A stretch of DNA of 64,000 bases from Escherichia coli (GCF_036507355.1 NZ_AP027877.1); one strand, 5' to 3'. Counted from the stretch's first letter, positions 38,327-54,382 are shown. Numbers and translations: made by a program. Notes: generated from the sequence alone by a model not told the origin.

Positions 38327-39928
38327 TTACGCTAACAGGCGATAGCCTGGCAGGGTCAGGAAATCAATTAACTCATCGGAAGTGGTGATCTGTTCCATCA
38401 AGCGTGCGGCATCGTCAAAACGCCCCTGGGAGAAACGTTCTGCGCCCAGTTCGCTGGCAATGACTTTCATCTCTTCGCCCAGCATCTGGCGGAACAAGGC
38501 TTTAGTTACCGGTTTGCCATTGCTCAACATTTTTTGATGATGGATCCACTGCCAGATCGAGGTACGGGAAATTTCAGCCGTCGCCGCATCTTCCATCAGG
38601 CCATAAATCGGCACACAGCCGTTGCCAGAGATCCACGCTTCGATGTACTGCACGGCTACGCGAATATTTGCGCGCATACCTTCTTCGGTGCGTTCACCGT
38701 CACAAGGTGCCAGTAGCTGATCGGCAGTAATCGGCGCGTCTTGTTCGCGCATCACTTCAAGCTGATTTTTACGGGAGCCGAGAATGTCGTTGAATACCGC
38801 CATTGCCGTATCCGCAAGGCCTGGGTGAGCGATCCATGTGCCATCGTGACCGTTATTGGCTTCCAGCGATTTATCCGCTTTTACTTTGTTGAGCACCTGG
38901 TTATTGTGCTCTTCATCTTTGCTCGGAATAAACGCCGCCATGCCGCCCATCGCAAAAGCACCGCGTTTATGGCAGGTTTTAATCAACAGGCGTGAGTAAG
39001 CATTCAGGAATGGTTTATCCATCGTTACTGCCTGTCTGTCTGGCAGGACGCGATCGGGATAGTTTTTCAACGTTTTGATATAGCTGAAGATGTAATCCCA
39101 ACGACCGCAGTTCAGACCAACAATATGGTCACGCAGCGCGTGAAGGATTTCATCCATCTGGAACACGGCGGGCAGCGTTTCAATCAGCAACGTCGCCTTG
39201 ATGGTGCCGCGCGGCAGATTAAAGCGATCTTCTGCATAGCTGAAGACTTCGCTCCACCAGGCCGCTTCCTGCCAGGACTGGGTTTTCGGCAGATAGAAAT
39301 AGGGACCACTGCCCTTTGCCAACAGTGCCTGATAGTTGTGGAAGAAATAGAGCGCAAAATCAAACAGGCTGCCGGGGATTGCCTCACCACGCCAGGTGAC
39401 ATGTTTTTCCGGCAAGTGCAGACCGCGTACCCGACAAATCAAAACCGCTGGATTGGGCTTGAGCTGGTAAATTTTGCCTGCTTCATTCGTGTAACTGATG
39501 GTGCCGTTAACCGCATCGCGCAGGTTAATTTGCCCGTCGATCACTTTGTTCCAGTCTGGTGCCAGTGAATCTTCGAAATCGGCCATAAAGACTTTCACAT
39601 TGGCGTTCAGTGCGTTGATCACCATCTTGCGCTCAACCGGGCCAGTTATCTCGACTCGACGATCTTGTAAGTCCGCGGGAATACCACGAATTTTCCAGTC
39701 TGTATCGCGAATGGAAGCTGTTTCCGAAATAAAATCAGGCAACGTTCCGTTATCAATATCTTGCTGCTGCTGAATGCGCGCTGCCAGAAGTTTATTGCGT
39801 TGTGGCGTAAAATGCGTCACCAGCTCAGTCAGAAATTCTACCGCTTCGGCAGTAAGAATTTGCTTCTCCTGCTCGCCATACGGCCTTATGAAAGCCAGTT
39901 CATCGGTTGTTGTTGCCTGTTCAGTCAT
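38327..39928 (-). CDS. aceB: malate synthase A AceB (533 aa)
   Basis: ORF 38327..39946; start taken at [13 protein letters not shown]; aceBAK promoter/IclR-site region lies upstream (~39930-40130). Confidence 0.97.
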   Translation of the reverse strand: MTEQATTTDELAFIRPYGEQEKQILTAEAVEFLTELVTHFTPQRNKLLAARIQQQQDIDNGTLPDFISETASIRDTDWKIRGIPADLQDRRVEITGPVERKMVINALNANVKVFMADFEDSLAPDWNKVIDGQINLRDAVNGTISYTNEAGKIYQLKPNPAVLICRVRGLHLPEKHVTWRGEAIPGSLFDFALYFFHNYQALLAKGSGPYFYLPKTQSWQEAAWWSEVFSYAEDRFNLPRGTIKATLLIETLPAVFQMDEILHALRDHIVGLNCGRWDYIFSYIKTLKNYPDRVLPDRQAVTMDKPFLNAYSRLLIKTCHKRGAFAMGGMAAFIPSKDEEHNNQVLNKVKADKSLEANNGHDGTWIAHPGLADTAMAVFNDILGSRKNQLEVMREQDAPITADQLLAPCDGERTEEGMRANIRVAVQYIEAWISGNGCVPIYGLMEDAATAEISRTSIWQWIHHQKMLSNGKPVTKALFRQMLGEEMKVIASELGAERFSQGRFDDAARLMEQITTSDELIDFLTLPGYRLLA

Positions 39929-40127
39929 CGTGCAGCTCCTCGTCATGGATCCGAAAACTTCCCCACTGTGAACGAAGGATCGTTGTGCGCTTTTCGTTCA
40001 GCACAACTAAGACTACTCATTTAAAATGCAAAATCAAAAACAATTTCCATTTTAATTAAAAATACTTGATAACTTATTGATAACAATATGAATAAAATTT
40101 ATTCACCTCCTGAGGTGCGTTTCGGAA

Positions 40128-40160
40128 ATAAAAAAGGCACCCGAAGGTGCCTGAGGTAAG
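40128..40160 (-). terminator. Rho-independent terminator of metA
   Basis: On minus strand GGCACCTTCGGGTGCC hairpin followed by TTTTTTATTTCC, just downstream of the metA stop. Confidence 0.8.
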
Positions 40161-40196
40161 GTGCTGAATCGCTTAACGATCGACTATCACAGAAGA

Positions 40197-41126
40197 TTAA
40201 TCCAGCGTTGGATTCATGTGCCGTAGATCGTATGGCGTGATCTGATAGACGTAATAGTTGAGCCAGTTGGTAAACAGCAAATTACCGTGACTACGCCAGC
40301 TCGCTCGCGGTGTATTTTGCGGATCATTGTGCGGGAAATAGTTATACGGTACTTCCGGGTCTAGTCCGGCTTCCACATCGCGGAAAAATTCCTGCGCCAG
40401 CGTTTGCGCATCATATTCGGGATGGCCCGTCACAAAGGCAATGCGCTTATCTTTACTGGCAAACAGATATGCATCCCCTTCTTCCGTCTCTGCCAGAATT
40501 TCCAGATCGGTGTAATCACGAATCAACGCTGCCGGAAAGTCAGCATAGCGCGAATGCGGTGCCAGGAATGAATCATCAAAGCCACGCGTCAGAAGCGCAT
40601 GAGGATGGAGAATATGATGCTCGTAAACGCCAGAGAGTTTGTCGGTGCGAGTTTGCTTAGGAATGCCGTAGAGGATATTGAGCGCGGCCTGTACCGCCCA
40701 GCAGACAAACAGCGTCGAGGTGACGTGATCTTTCGACCACTCCAGCACCTGTTTGATCTGCGGCCAGTAAGCAACATCATTAAACTCCACCAGGCCCAGC
40801 GGCGCACCGGTTACAATCAGACCGTCAAAGTTCTGTTCCTGAATATCTTCAAAGTTACAGTAGAAGTTGTTCAGATGCTCTGCGGGCGTGTTGCGCGATT
40901 CACGGGAATCGATGCGCAACAGCTGAATATCGACCTGCAAAGGTGAGTTTGAAAGCAGGCGCAGAAACTGATTTTCAGTTTCAATCTTCTTCGGCATCAG
41001 GTTAAGGATAAGCACCTTTAGCGGACGAATTTCCTGACCAGACGCGCGAGAAGTTGTCATTACAAAGACGTTTTCTTCACGCAAGAAATTGACGGCGGGT
41101 AGCTCGTCCGGCACACGAATCGGCAT
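40197..41126 (-). CDS. metA: homoserine O-succinyltransferase MetA (309 aa)
   Basis: ORF track; [51 protein letters not shown]... Confidence 0.97.
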   Translation of the reverse strand: MPIRVPDELPAVNFLREENVFVMTTSRASGQEIRPLKVLILNLMPKKIETENQFLRLLSNSPLQVDIQLLRIDSRESRNTPAEHLNNFYCNFEDIQEQNFDGLIVTGAPLGLVEFNDVAYWPQIKQVLEWSKDHVTSTLFVCWAVQAALNILYGIPKQTRTDKLSGVYEHHILHPHALLTRGFDDSFLAPHSRYADFPAALIRDYTDLEILAETEEGDAYLFASKDKRIAFVTGHPEYDAQTLAQEFFRDVEAGLDPEVPYNYFPHNDPQNTPRASWRSHGNLLFTNWLNYYVYQITPYDLRHMNPTLD

Positions 41127-41159
41127 AACCTGATTACCTCACTACATACGCTTATACGT

Positions 41160-41180
41160 TTAGACATCCAGATAGCTGAA
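41160..41180 (-). promoter_or_regulatory. possible MetJ met-box repeats in metA promoter region
   Basis: AGACATCC AGATAGCT tandem 8-mers resembling the AGACGTCT met-box consensus upstream of metA; weak sequence-only call. Confidence 0.35.
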
Positions 41181-41282
41181 GATAACCAGAAAATTTGCCA
41201 ATGTCGAGCCTGCATGTTGAAGGTGAGAAAGTTTCAAGGAAAAGACTACGTTAGAATATAAGAATGACTAAAAGGAGAGAAA

Positions 41283-41726
41283 ATGGTTATTAGTATTCGC
41301 CGCTCGCAGCATGAAGAGAGTGAAAAACTGATTGCGATTTGGTGTCGCTCGGTCGATGCCACCCACGATTTTTTGTCCGCAGAGTATCGGGCCGAACTGG
41401 AAGAACTGGTGCGTTCCTTTCTGCCGGAAGCACCGTTGTGGGTCGCGGTTAATGAGCGGGAACAGCCGGTTGGGTTTATGTTGTTAAGTGGGCAGCATAT
41501 GGATGCGCTGTTTATCGATCCTGATGTGCGCGGCTGCGGCGTGGGCCGGATGCTGGTGAAGCATGCGCTCTCAATGGCCCCGGAACTGACAACCAACGTT
41601 AATGAGCAAAATGAGCAGGCGGTTGGGTTCTATAAGAAGGTGGGTTTTAAGGTTACGGGACGCTCTGAGGTGGACGATTTGGGGAAACCGTATCCGTTGC
41701 TGAATCTGGCGTATGTGGGGGCGTAG
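41283..41726 (+). CDS. yjaB: GNAT-family N-acetyltransferase YjaB (147 aa)
   Basis: ORF track; acetyl-CoA-binding motif RGCGVGRMLVKHAL. Confidence 0.9.
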   Translation: MVISIRRSQHEESEKLIAIWCRSVDATHDFLSAEYRAELEELVRSFLPEAPLWVAVNEREQPVGFMLLSGQHMDALFIDPDVRGCGVGRMLVKHALSMAPELTTNVNEQNEQAVGFYKKVGFKVTGRSEVDDLGKPYPLLNLAYVGA

Positions 41727-41789
41727 GTGATTTTTTTCTCATCCCGGTGGGCTGAACTTCAGGTTTCGTACCCACCAATGGTGACACGA

Positions 41790-42173
41790 TTATTTCTGCT
41801 TAAGCATTGCCATGACCGCACTATCACTGAGTACCGCTGATTGCGCATGGATGTGGAACTGGCGATATTTCATTAACGTTGCCCCAGCGACCACTTCATG
41901 GAGAATGCGTTCCTCAACCTGTGACAAACCGCCCTCATTCATTTCCAGCGCGCTCACAACAATATCCATACGTTTTGCTGGCAAAAAAGAATGCCAGGTT
42001 GAACGTGGGTGGAGTTGCAGAACAAGATCTTGCAGAACTTTTTCTGCAACAAAGAAATTGGCGATTAACAGGCGCTGGTTACTGAAGGCAGCGTCTCCTG
42101 ACACTTCACGTTTGCTTTCAAGATCGCGAACAGTAATTTGATTACGACGAATTTGGATATACAGAACTGACAT
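41790..42173 (-). CDS. yjaA: stress-response protein YjaA (127 aa)
   Basis: ORF 41790..42209; start taken at MSVLYIQIRRNQITVRDLESKREV (internal Met 13). Confidence 0.85.
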   Translation of the reverse strand: MSVLYIQIRRNQITVRDLESKREVSGDAAFSNQRLLIANFFVAEKVLQDLVLQLHPRSTWHSFLPAKRMDIVVSALEMNEGGLSQVEERILHEVVAGATLMKYRQFHIHAQSAVLSDSAVMAMLKQK

Positions 42174-42209
42174 GAGATTCCCTTCATCATGCAAATAATT
42201 GATATGCAA

Positions 42210-42240
42210 AAAACCCCGGCCTTATGGACCGGGGTTTTTC
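42210..42240 (-). terminator. rrnE operon terminator
   Basis: AAACCCCGGTCCATAAGGCCGGGGTTTTTT hairpin plus U-run on minus strand directly after 5S rRNA. Confidence 0.85.
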
Positions 42241-42247
42241 TAATTTG

Positions 42248-42367
42248 ATGCCTGGCAGTTCCCTACTCTCGCATGGGGAGACCCCACACTACCATCGGCG
42301 CTACGGCGTTTCACTTCTGAGTTCGGCATGGGGTCAGGTGGGACCACCGCGCTACGGCCGCCAGGCA
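42248..42367 (-). rRNA. rrfE: 5S ribosomal RNA
   Basis: Reverse complement matches canonical E. coli 5S (TGCCTGGCGGCCGTAGCGCGGTGGTCCCACCTGACCCCATGCCGAACTCAG...CATGCGAGAGTAGGGAACTGCCAGGCAT). Confidence 0.97.
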
Positions 42368-42460
42368 AATTCTGTTTTATCAGACCGCTTCTGCGTTCTG
42401 ATTTAATCTGTATCAGGCTGAAAATCTTCTCTCAATCCGCCAAAACAGCTTCGGCGTTGT

Positions 42461-45363
<2,903 letters not shown>

Positions 45364-45556
45364 TCACAACCCGAAGATGTTTCTTTCGATTCATCATCGT
45401 GTTGCGAAAATTTGAGAGACTCACGAACAACTCTCGTTGTTCAGTGTTTCAATTTTCAGCTTGATCCAGATTTTTAAAGAGCAAATATCTCAAACATCAC
45501 CCGAAGATGAGTTTTGAGATATTAAGGTCGGCGACTTTCACTCACAAACCAGCAAG

Positions 45557-45632
45557 TGGCGTCCCCTAGGGGATTCGAACCCCTGTTACCGCCGTGAAAG
45601 GGCGGTGTCCTGGGCCTCTAGACGAAGGGGAC
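45557..45632 (-). tRNA. gltV: tRNA-Glu (UUC) in 16S-23S spacer
   Basis: Reverse complement = GTCCCCTTCGTCTAGAGGCCCAGGACACCGCCCTTTCACGGCGGTAACAGGGGTTCGAATCCCCTAGGGGACGCCA. Confidence 0.95.
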
Positions 45633-45717
45633 GTATCAGTCTGCTTCGCAAGACGCCTTGCTTTTCACTTTCTATCAGACAATCTGTGTGAGCACTACAA
45701 AGAACGCTTCTTTAAGG

Positions 45718-47259
<1,542 letters not shown>

Positions 47260-47439
47260 AAAAATTTGATGCTCAAAGAATTAAACTTCGTAATGAATTA
47301 CGTGTTCACTCTTGAGACTTGGTATTCATTTTTCGTCTTGCGACGTTAAGAATCCGTATCTTCGAGTGCCCACACAGATTGTCTGATAAATTGTTAAAGA
47401 GCAGTTGCGACGCGGCTTTCAGCTCACTGTCGCGAGGTG

Positions 47440-47475
47440 GCGTATATTACGCTTTCCTCTTTCAGAGTCAACCCT
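47440..47475 (-). promoter_or_regulatory. rrnE P2 promoter
   Basis: Minus strand TTGACT-N17-TAATAT upstream of 16S. Confidence 0.7.
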
Positions 47476-47549
47476 GAATTTCAGAATTTTTCTCTTCAAC
47501 CGAACCGGCTGTTTATGTGAAGTGATTCACATCCGCCGTGTCGATGGAG

Positions 47550-47585
47550 GCGCATTATAGGGAGTTCTCCGCAGGCCGCAATAGA
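47550..47585 (-). promoter_or_regulatory. rrnE P1 promoter with GC-rich discriminator; AT-rich UP/Fis region upstream (~47585-47700)
   Basis: Minus strand ...TTGCGGCCTGCGGAGAACTCCCTATAATGCGCCTCCATCG, near-identical to canonical rrn P1. Confidence 0.75.
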
Positions 47586-47752
47586 AAAATTGCAGAAAAA
47601 TGACTGACTGCTGCATTCCCCAGCAAAAGCCCGCTTTATACCTTTTTACGCACAGAGTTATCCACAATCATCAATGTAATTTCTGTATTTTTCCCACGGT
47701 AACCACTGTCAAAATTGTGATCACCATTGAAAGAGAAAAATTCGCGAGCGTT

Positions 47753-47768
47753 GCGCAAACGTTTTCGT
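47753..47768. promoter_or_regulatory. PurR operator (PUR box) of purHD
   Basis: GCGCAAACGTTTTCGT matches 16-bp PurR consensus ACGCAAACGTTTTCNT, ~110 bp upstream of purH. Confidence 0.8.
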
Positions 47769-47875
47769 TACAATGCGGGCGAAAAATAAGGATGCCCCGT
47801 TAGGGGCGTTAGCTGAGTTTTTCGCGAAAAATTCAGCTAACGCTCTCTGTAATAGTCAAATCCAGGGGATTTACC

Positions 47876-49465
47876 ATGCAACAACGTCGTCCAGTCCGCC
47901 GCGCTCTGCTCAGTGTTTCTGACAAAGCCGGTATCGTCGAATTCGCCCAGGCACTTTCCGCACGCGGTGTGGAGCTGCTGTCTACAGGGGGCACTGCCCG
48001 TCTGTTAGCAGAAAAAGGTCTGCCGGTAACCGAAGTTTCCGATTACACCGGTTTCCCGGAGATGATGGATGGACGCGTGAAGACCCTACATCCGAAAGTA
48101 CATGGTGGCATTCTGGGCCGTCGCGGTCAGGACGATGCCATTATGGAAGAACATCAGATCCAGCCTATCGATATGGTGGTTGTTAACCTGTATCCGTTCG
48201 CCCAGACCGTGGCCCGTGAAGGCTGCTCGCTGGAAGATGCGGTTGAGAACATCGATATCGGCGGCCCGACCATGGTGCGCTCCGCCGCTAAGAACCATAA
48301 AGATGTCGCAATCGTGGTGAAGAGCAGCGACTACGACGCCATTATTAAAGAGATGGATGCCAACGAAGGATCGCTGACGCTTGCAACCCGTTTCGACCTC
48401 GCCATCAAAGCCTTCGAACACACTGCCGCCTACGACAGCATGATTGCCAACTACTTCGGCAGCATGGTTCCGGCTTACCACGGTGAAAGCAAAGAAGCCG
48501 CCGGTCGCTTCCCACGCACGCTGAACCTGAACTTCATTAAGAAGCAGGATATGCGTTACGGCGAGAACAGCCACCAGCAGGCTGCCTTCTATATAGAAGA
48601 GAATGTGAAAGAAGCCTCCGTTGCTACCGCAACCCAGGTTCAGGGTAAAGCCCTCTCTTATAACAACATCGCCGATACCGATGCGGCGCTGGAGTGCGTG
48701 AAAGAGTTCGCCGAGCCGACATGTGTGATTGTGAAGCACGCCAACCCTTGCGGCGTGGCTATCGGCAATTCCATTCTTGATGCTTACGATCGCGCGTACA
48801 AAACCGACCCAACCTCCGCATTCGGCGGCATCATTGCCTTTAACCGCGAGCTGGATGCGGAAACCGCACAGGCCATCATTTCTCGTCAGTTTGTCGAAGT
48901 GATTATTGCGCCTTCCGCCAGCGAAGAAGCCCTGAAAATCACCGCCGCCAAGCAGAACGTACGCGTTCTGACCTGCGGTCAGTGGGGCGAGCGTGTTCCG
49001 GGTCTTGATTTCAAACGCGTGAACGGCGGTCTGCTGGTTCAGGATCGTGACCTGGGGATGGTCGGTGCGGAAGAACTGCGCGTCGTCACCCAACGTCAGC
49101 CGACCGAACAGGAACTGCGTGATGCGCTGTTCTGCTGGAAAGTGGCGAAGTTCGTGAAATCCAATGCTATCGTCTATGCCAAAAACAATATGACCATCGG
49201 TATTGGCGCGGGCCAGATGAGCCGCGTGTACTCCGCGAAAATTGCCGGTATTAAAGCTGCCGATGAAGGTCTGGAAGTGAAAGGTTCCTCTATGGCCTCC
49301 GATGCATTCTTCCCGTTTCGTGACGGTATTGATGCTGCCGCTGCCGCAGGCGTGACCTGTGTGATCCAGCCTGGCGGTTCTATTCGTGATGACGAAGTGA
49401 TTGCCGCTGCCGACGAGCACGGTATTGCAATGCTCTTCACCGATATGCGCCACTTCCGCCATTAA
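47876..49465 (+). CDS. purH: bifunctional AICAR transformylase / IMP cyclohydrolase PurH (529 aa)
   Basis: ORF track; [51 protein letters not shown]... Confidence 0.97.
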   Translation: MQQRRPVRRALLSVSDKAGIVEFAQALSARGVELLSTGGTARLLAEKGLPVTEVSDYTGFPEMMDGRVKTLHPKVHGGILGRRGQDDAIMEEHQIQPIDMVVVNLYPFAQTVAREGCSLEDAVENIDIGGPTMVRSAAKNHKDVAIVVKSSDYDAIIKEMDANEGSLTLATRFDLAIKAFEHTAAYDSMIANYFGSMVPAYHGESKEAAGRFPRTLNLNFIKKQDMRYGENSHQQAAFYIEENVKEASVATATQVQGKALSYNNIADTDAALECVKEFAEPTCVIVKHANPCGVAIGNSILDAYDRAYKTDPTSAFGGIIAFNRELDAETAQAIISRQFVEVIIAPSASEEALKITAAKQNVRVLTCGQWGERVPGLDFKRVNGGLLVQDRDLGMVGAEELRVVTQRQPTEQELRDALFCWKVAKFVKSNAIVYAKNNMTIGIGAGQMSRVYSAKIAGIKAADEGLEVKGSSMASDAFFPFRDGIDAAAAAGVTCVIQPGGSIRDDEVIAAADEHGIAMLFTDMRHFRH

Positions 49466-49476
49466 TGGAGCGACAG

Positions 49477-50766
49477 ATGAAAGTATTAGTGATTGGTAAC
49501 GGCGGGCGCGAGCACGCGCTGGCCTGGAAAGCGGCCCAGTCGCCGCTCGTTGAAACGGTTTTTGTTGCTCCGGGTAATGCAGGCACTGCACTGGAACCTG
49601 CGCTGCAAAACGTCGCCATCAATGTGACCGATATTCCGGCACTGCTGAGCTTTGCGCAGAATGAAAAAATTGACCTGACCATCGTTGGCCCGGAAGCGCC
49701 ACTGGTGATTGGCGTCGTTGACGCGTTCCGCGCAGCAGGTTTGAAAATATTCGGACCGACTGAGGGCGCCGCGCAACTCGAAGGTTCTAAAGCGTTTACC
49801 AAGGATTTCCTGGCACGCCACCACATCCCAACAGCGGAATACCAGAACTTCACCGAGATTGAGCCTGCGCTGGTGTATCTGCGCGAGAAAGGTGCACCGA
49901 TCGTTATCAAAGCAGACGGTCTGGCGGCGGGTAAAGGCGTAATCGTCGCGATGACACTCGAAGAAGCCGAAGCGGCCGTTCACGACATGCTGGCGGGTAA
50001 CGCTTTTGGCGACGCAGGTCACCGCATTGTTATCGAAGAATTCCTCGATGGCGAGGAAGCGAGCTTTATTGTGATGGTTGACGGCGAACACGTGTTACCG
50101 ATGGCCACCAGTCAGGATCATAAACGCGTGGGTGATAAGGACACCGGGCCAAACACAGGCGGAATGGGCGCTTACTCTCCTGCGCCGGTAGTGACTGATG
50201 AAGTTCATCAGCGCACGATGGAGCGCATCATCTGGCCAACCGTGAAAGGCATGGCAGCGGAAGGTAACACGTATACCGGTTTTCTGTATGCGGGCCTGAT
50301 GATCGACAAACAGGGCAATCCGAAGGTTATCGAATTCAACTGCCGCTTTGGCGATCCGGAAACCCAGCCGATTATGCTGCGCATGAAGTCCGATCTGGTT
50401 GAGCTTTGCCTGGCGGGCTGTGAAGGCAAGCTGGACGAAAAAAAATCCGAGTGGGATGAACGCGCATCGCTAGGTGTGGTGATGGCTGCGGGCGGTTATC
50501 CGGGTGATTATCGCAAGGGCGATGTGATCCACGGCCTGCCGCTGGAAGAAGTGGCAGGCGGCAAAGTGTTCCACGCGGGCACAAAACTGGCGGATGACGA
50601 GCAGGTGGTAACCAGCGGCGGGCGCGTACTGTGCGTCACCGCGCTGGGTCATACCGTGGCAGAAGCGCAGAAACGCGCCTACGCCTTAATGACCGATATC
50701 CACTGGGATGATTGCTTCTGCCGGAAAGATATCGGTTGGCGCGCCATCGAACGCGAGCAGAACTAA
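49477..50766 (+). CDS. purD: phosphoribosylamine-glycine ligase PurD (429 aa)
   Basis: ORF 49465..50766; start taken at MKVLVIGNGGREHALAWKAAQSPLVE after GGAG. Confidence 0.96.
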   Translation: MKVLVIGNGGREHALAWKAAQSPLVETVFVAPGNAGTALEPALQNVAINVTDIPALLSFAQNEKIDLTIVGPEAPLVIGVVDAFRAAGLKIFGPTEGAAQLEGSKAFTKDFLARHHIPTAEYQNFTEIEPALVYLREKGAPIVIKADGLAAGKGVIVAMTLEEAEAAVHDMLAGNAFGDAGHRIVIEEFLDGEEASFIVMVDGEHVLPMATSQDHKRVGDKDTGPNTGGMGAYSPAPVVTDEVHQRTMERIIWPTVKGMAAEGNTYTGFLYAGLMIDKQGNPKVIEFNCRFGDPETQPIMLRMKSDLVELCLAGCEGKLDEKKSEWDERASLGVVMAAGGYPGDYRKGDVIHGLPLEEVAGGKVFHAGTKLADDEQVVTSGGRVLCVTALGHTVAEAQKRAYALMTDIHWDDCFCRKDIGWRAIEREQN

Positions 50767-52088
50767 CGCGACAGTTTTGCCAATAGCGTTTTGCGCGTGA
50801 TCCCTAACTGACGGGCGGCTTCGGTTTTGTTGCCGCCCGTTTTCTCCAGTGCCGCCAGAATCACTTCTTTTTCGACTTCCACCAGCGGCTGAATATCCTG
50901 ACTTTGCCCCAGCGGGATCGGCGTACCGGCAATCGCCAGCGGCAGCTCGCGTTCGGAAATATATTCCCCGGTCAGCAGCACCACCGCCCGTTCCACCGCG
51001 TTTTCCAGTTCACGAATATTTCCCGGCCAGTCGTAGTGGATCAGCAAATCCATCGCCTGTGGCGTAAAGCCTTTTACCGCCTTGCGATTACGCTCGGCAA
51101 AGCGCTGAAGAAAATGGCCAGCCAGCAGAGGGATATCTTCCCTCCGTTGCCGCAGCGATGGTACTTCAATCGCCACCACATTCAGGCGATAGTAGAGATC
51201 CTGGCGAAAACGCCCGGCATTCACCTCTGCGGCAAGATCGCGATGGGTCGCCGCAATCAGCCGGACATCAACCGAGATAGTCTGGTTGCTACCGACACGC
51301 TGAACTTCGCGCTCCTGAATCGCACGCAGCAGACGCACCTGCATCATCGGCGAGATATCGCCAATTTCATCGAGAAACAGCGTGCCGCCGTCCGCCTCAA
51401 CAAAGCGCCCTTCCCGGCGTTTATCGGCTCCGGTAAACGCCCCTTTTTCGTGACCGAACAATTCAGATTCCAGCAAGGATTCGTTAAGTGCCGCACAGTT
51501 GAGCGTTACCAGCGGTTTTTCGCTACGTGCGCTACTGGCGTGAATCGCCTTGGCGACCAGCTCTTTACCGGTGCCGGAATCGCCGTGGATCAGCACCGTG
51601 GCTTCCGATGGCGCGACGAGGGAGATTTCACTGAGCAGGTGTTGCATCGCCGGGCTTTTACCGACCATACCGAACTGGCTGGCAGTCACCGCAGGTGTTT
51701 CAGCATCAATACTGTGTGTATGCGCGAGCGCCTTTTCCAGCGTCGCCTGTAGGTTATCGAAATCCAGCGGCTTGATGAGATAATCCAGCGCCCCAGTTTT
51801 CAGTGCCTCTACCGCCGTCTCGACGCTGGAGTACGCAGTCATAATCAGCACCGGAATTGCCGGGTTTAACGCTTTGATCTCTTTCAGCGTGGCGATGCCG
51901 TCCATCTCCGCCATTCGCACATCGCAAAGCACAAGATCAAAAACCTGTTCCCGCACCTGCTCCAGCGCCTGTCGCCCGCTGTTCGCCAGCGCGACGTTAT
52001 AGCCCCAGCCTCGCAGTAAAGCCTGCAAAATAGTGCAGTGGCTAATGTCATCATCCACCACCAGAATATCGATATTATCGTGCGTCAT
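50763..52088 (-). CDS. zraR: sigma54-dependent response regulator ZraR/HydG (441 aa)
   Basis: ORF track; receiver domain, AAA+ sigma54-activator domain (GESGTGKE, GAFTGA), C-terminal HTH. Confidence 0.95.
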   Translation of the reverse strand: MTHDNIDILVVDDDISHCTILQALLRGWGYNVALANSGRQALEQVREQVFDLVLCDVRMAEMDGIATLKEIKALNPAIPVLIMTAYSSVETAVEALKTGALDYLIKPLDFDNLQATLEKALAHTHSIDAETPAVTASQFGMVGKSPAMQHLLSEISLVAPSEATVLIHGDSGTGKELVAKAIHASSARSEKPLVTLNCAALNESLLESELFGHEKGAFTGADKRREGRFVEADGGTLFLDEIGDISPMMQVRLLRAIQEREVQRVGSNQTISVDVRLIAATHRDLAAEVNAGRFRQDLYYRLNVVAIEVPSLRQRREDIPLLAGHFLQRFAERNRKAVKGFTPQAMDLLIHYDWPGNIRELENAVERAVVLLTGEYISERELPLAIAGTPIPLGQSQDIQPLVEVEKEVILAALEKTGGNKTEAARQLGITRKTLLAKLSR

Positions 52089-52293
52089 CCTTGTGGGTCC
52101 TTACGCGTAATATTGACCGGAAGCCAGAGGGTGAACGTTGCGCCTTTTCCCTTCTGGCTTGCGACCTGAATTGTACCACCGTGTTGTTCAACAATATTAT
52201 GCACGACCGCCAGCCCCAATCCGGTGCCTTCGGCTTTGGTGGTGAAGTACGGAGTGAAGATGGCTTCAAGCTGATCTGGGTAATGACTCCAAC

Positions 52294-52797
52294 TTATTGA
52301 TAGTGTTTTATGTTCAGATAATGCCCGATGACTTTGTCATGCAGCTCCACCGATTTTGAGAACGACAGCGACTTCCGTCCCAGCCGTGCCAGGTGCTGCC
52401 TCAGATTCAGGTTATGCCGCTCAATTCGCTGCGTATATCGCTTGCTGATTACGTGCAGCTTTCCCTTCAGGCGGGATTCATACAGCGGCCAGCCATCCGT
52501 CATCCATATCACCACGTCAAAGGGTGACAGCAGGCTCATAAGACGCCCCAGCGTCGCCATCGTGCGTTCACCGAATACGTGCGCAACAACCGTCTTCCGG
52601 AGCCTGTCATACGCGTAAAACAGCCAGCGCTGGCGCGATTTAGCCCCGACATAGCCCCACTGTTCGTCCATTTCCGCGCAGACGATGACGTCACTGCCCG
52701 GCTGTATGCGCGAGGTTACCGACTGCGGCCTGAGTTTTTTAAGTGACGTAAAATCGTGTTGAGGCCAATGCCCATAATGCGGGCTGTTGCCCGGCAT
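52294..52797 (-). CDS. insB: IS1 InsB (167 aa; expressed as InsAB' transposase by -1 frameshift at the A6C motif)
   Basis: ORF track; [51 protein letters not shown]...; overlaps insA 3' end containing AAAAAAC slippery site. Confidence 0.95.
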   Translation of the reverse strand: MPGNSPHYGHWPQHDFTSLKKLRPQSVTSRIQPGSDVIVCAEMDEQWGYVGAKSRQRWLFYAYDRLRKTVVAHVFGERTMATLGRLMSLLSPFDVVIWMTDGWPLYESRLKGKLHVISKRYTQRIERHNLNLRQHLARLGRKSLSFSKSVELHDKVIGHYLNIKHYQ

Positions 52798-52991
52798 CCA
52801 ACGCCATTCATGGCCATATCAATGATTTTCTGGTGCGTACCGGGTTGAGAAGCGGTGTAAGTGAACTGCAGTTGCCATGTTTTACGGCAGTGAGAGCAGA
52901 GATAGCGCTGATGTCCGGCGGTGCTTTTGCCGTTACGCACCACCCCGTCAGTAGCTGAACAGGAGGGACAGCTGATAGAAACAGAAGCCAC
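52716..52991 (-). CDS. insA: IS1 InsA (91 aa)
   Basis: ORF track; [43 protein letters not shown]... Confidence 0.95.
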   Translation of the reverse strand: MASVSISCPSCSATDGVVRNGKSTAGHQRYLCSHCRKTWQLQFTYTASQPGTHQKIIDMAMNGVGCRATARIMGIGLNTILRHLKNSGRSR

Positions 52992-54270
52992 TGGAGCACC
53001 TCAAAAACACCATCATACACTAAATCAGTAAGTTGGCAGCATCACCGCTGATCTGCCGCAATTCCCTTACCGCTGTCGGTAACGCTGATTTTCACGCCCG
53101 CGCCGCTTTCGCTGGCCGTCACGCTAATCACGCCATGCTGACCAATCGCCTGAATAGCATTGAGATAGAGATTCAACAGGACCTGAGTCAGCCTGTCCGG
53201 ATCGGCCTGAATTTCCGGTAATGTGTCGTTGGCGGTAAAGCGTAACTGGATCTCCCGGCTGTTTGCATCCTGGCTTACCAGCTGTAATGAGTGGTTAATC
53301 AGAGTGTTGAGGTCCACCGCCTGCAAAGCCAGATGCGTTGGCTTAACCAGTTCCAGCAGCTCGCTTACCACGCGGTTTAATCGGTCAGCTTCTTTCGCCA
53401 TCACCTGCGCCAGTTGATGCGCTTCTCCCCCTGCAGGCGCGCGCTCGGCAAAGTATTTCGCCAGTCCTTTAATCGAGGAAAGTGGGTTACGGATTTCGTG
53501 GGCAACGCCTGCCGCAAGATGCCCCAGCGCCACCAGCTTCTCTTTGCGCTTCATTTCATCTTGTAGAAGCTGGCGCGAGCGCAGATAGCGGCGATACCAG
53601 AAGAATGACAATACGCTTGCCAGCAAGACCGTCGCCAGGGCGAAGAGGATAATCAGGGTGTTTCTCTGCTCACGATCTTCGGCACTCACAATATTACTGG
53701 CGTCGAAAGCGATGAAAATTGCTTGTGGTGTCGCGGCATACTGCTGCATATGGCGCATCCGGTGCATTCCAGCAGCAAACATCGGTTGAAACTGGCGATA
53801 AATTTCCAGAACAGGCTCGCCGTCTGCGCTATCGATCCGCCGCCACACTTCTTCATCTCCCGGATGTAACTGCTGCATTTCCTGCGGGGAATAAAGCTGT
53901 TTTCCCACCATGCCGGAGTTGCTATGCATCACGATTGTTCCTTGTTCATCCGTGACCGCAAACCAACGTACTCCAGGCTGCCCGGCTATTTCTTCCAGTA
54001 AGGCCTGCTGCTGCGCATGATGCATGCGCATCCCCATGCCGACGCGCGAGCCGGATTCAAGAGCGCGAATAAGTACACTGCCTTTTTCCAGCAGCGTTTG
54101 TCTGGCGGCGGCAGTCTCGCGCCCATAATCGCGAATCACCGTCACCGCAAACAACCCTACCAGCCCAACAATGACCACGGGGAGGATCGCGCTTAACCAT
54201 TTAGCTAAGGAGTCTTTAGAACGTTGCATAAAACGCATCTTCTTCTTTGCCTGTTCATCCCTTTTTACCA

Positions 54271-54286
54271 GCAGAAATCATGCCAT
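54271..54286 (-). promoter_or_regulatory. sigma54 (-24/-12) promoter of zraSR
   Basis: Minus strand TGGCAT-N6-TGCT with GG/GC spaced as in the TGGCAC-N5-TTGCA consensus. Confidence 0.65.
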
Positions 54287-54336
54287 CTTTTATCGCCACC
54301 GACTCTGCGCTGTAACACAAAGACTTAAGTTTCAAT

Positions 54337-54382
54337 GAGTAAAAATGACTCGCTACCCACAGCAGGCGAGTCATTTTTACTC
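54337..54382. promoter_or_regulatory. ZraR enhancer-binding palindrome between divergent zraP and zraSR
   Basis: Perfect 17-bp inverted repeat GAGTAAAAATGACTCGC-N12-GCGAGTCATTTTTACTC centred between the two sigma54 promoters. Confidence 0.7.

Larger units (their letters stand above)
52279..53046 (-). mobile_element. IS1 insertion sequence (~768 bp) with 9-bp target-site duplication GCTGATCTG
   Basis: Ends GGTAATGACTCCAACTTATTGAT ... ATCAGTAAGTTGGCAGCATCACC (IS1 inverted repeats); insA and insB ORFs inside; identical 9-mer GCTGATCTG on both flanks (~52270-52278 and 53047-53055). Confidence 0.95.
52085..54238 (-). pseudogene. zraS: zraS (hydH) sensor histidine kinase gene interrupted by IS1
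   Basis: N-terminal 397 codons (ORF 53042..54238: MRFMQRSKDSLAKWLSAILPVV...GKGIAADQ) end in a stop inside IS1; remaining C-terminal codons ([32 protein letters not shown]...KDPQG*) resume in frame immediately left of the IS1 after the duplicated 9 bp and end overlapping the zraR start. Confidence 0.9.

Noticed and set aside
52075-52269. 64-aa ORF on the minus strand just left of IS1
   Set aside because: Out-of-frame overlap with the genuine C-terminal fragment of zraS, which reads [20 protein letters not shown]... in another frame and lacks its own start codon.
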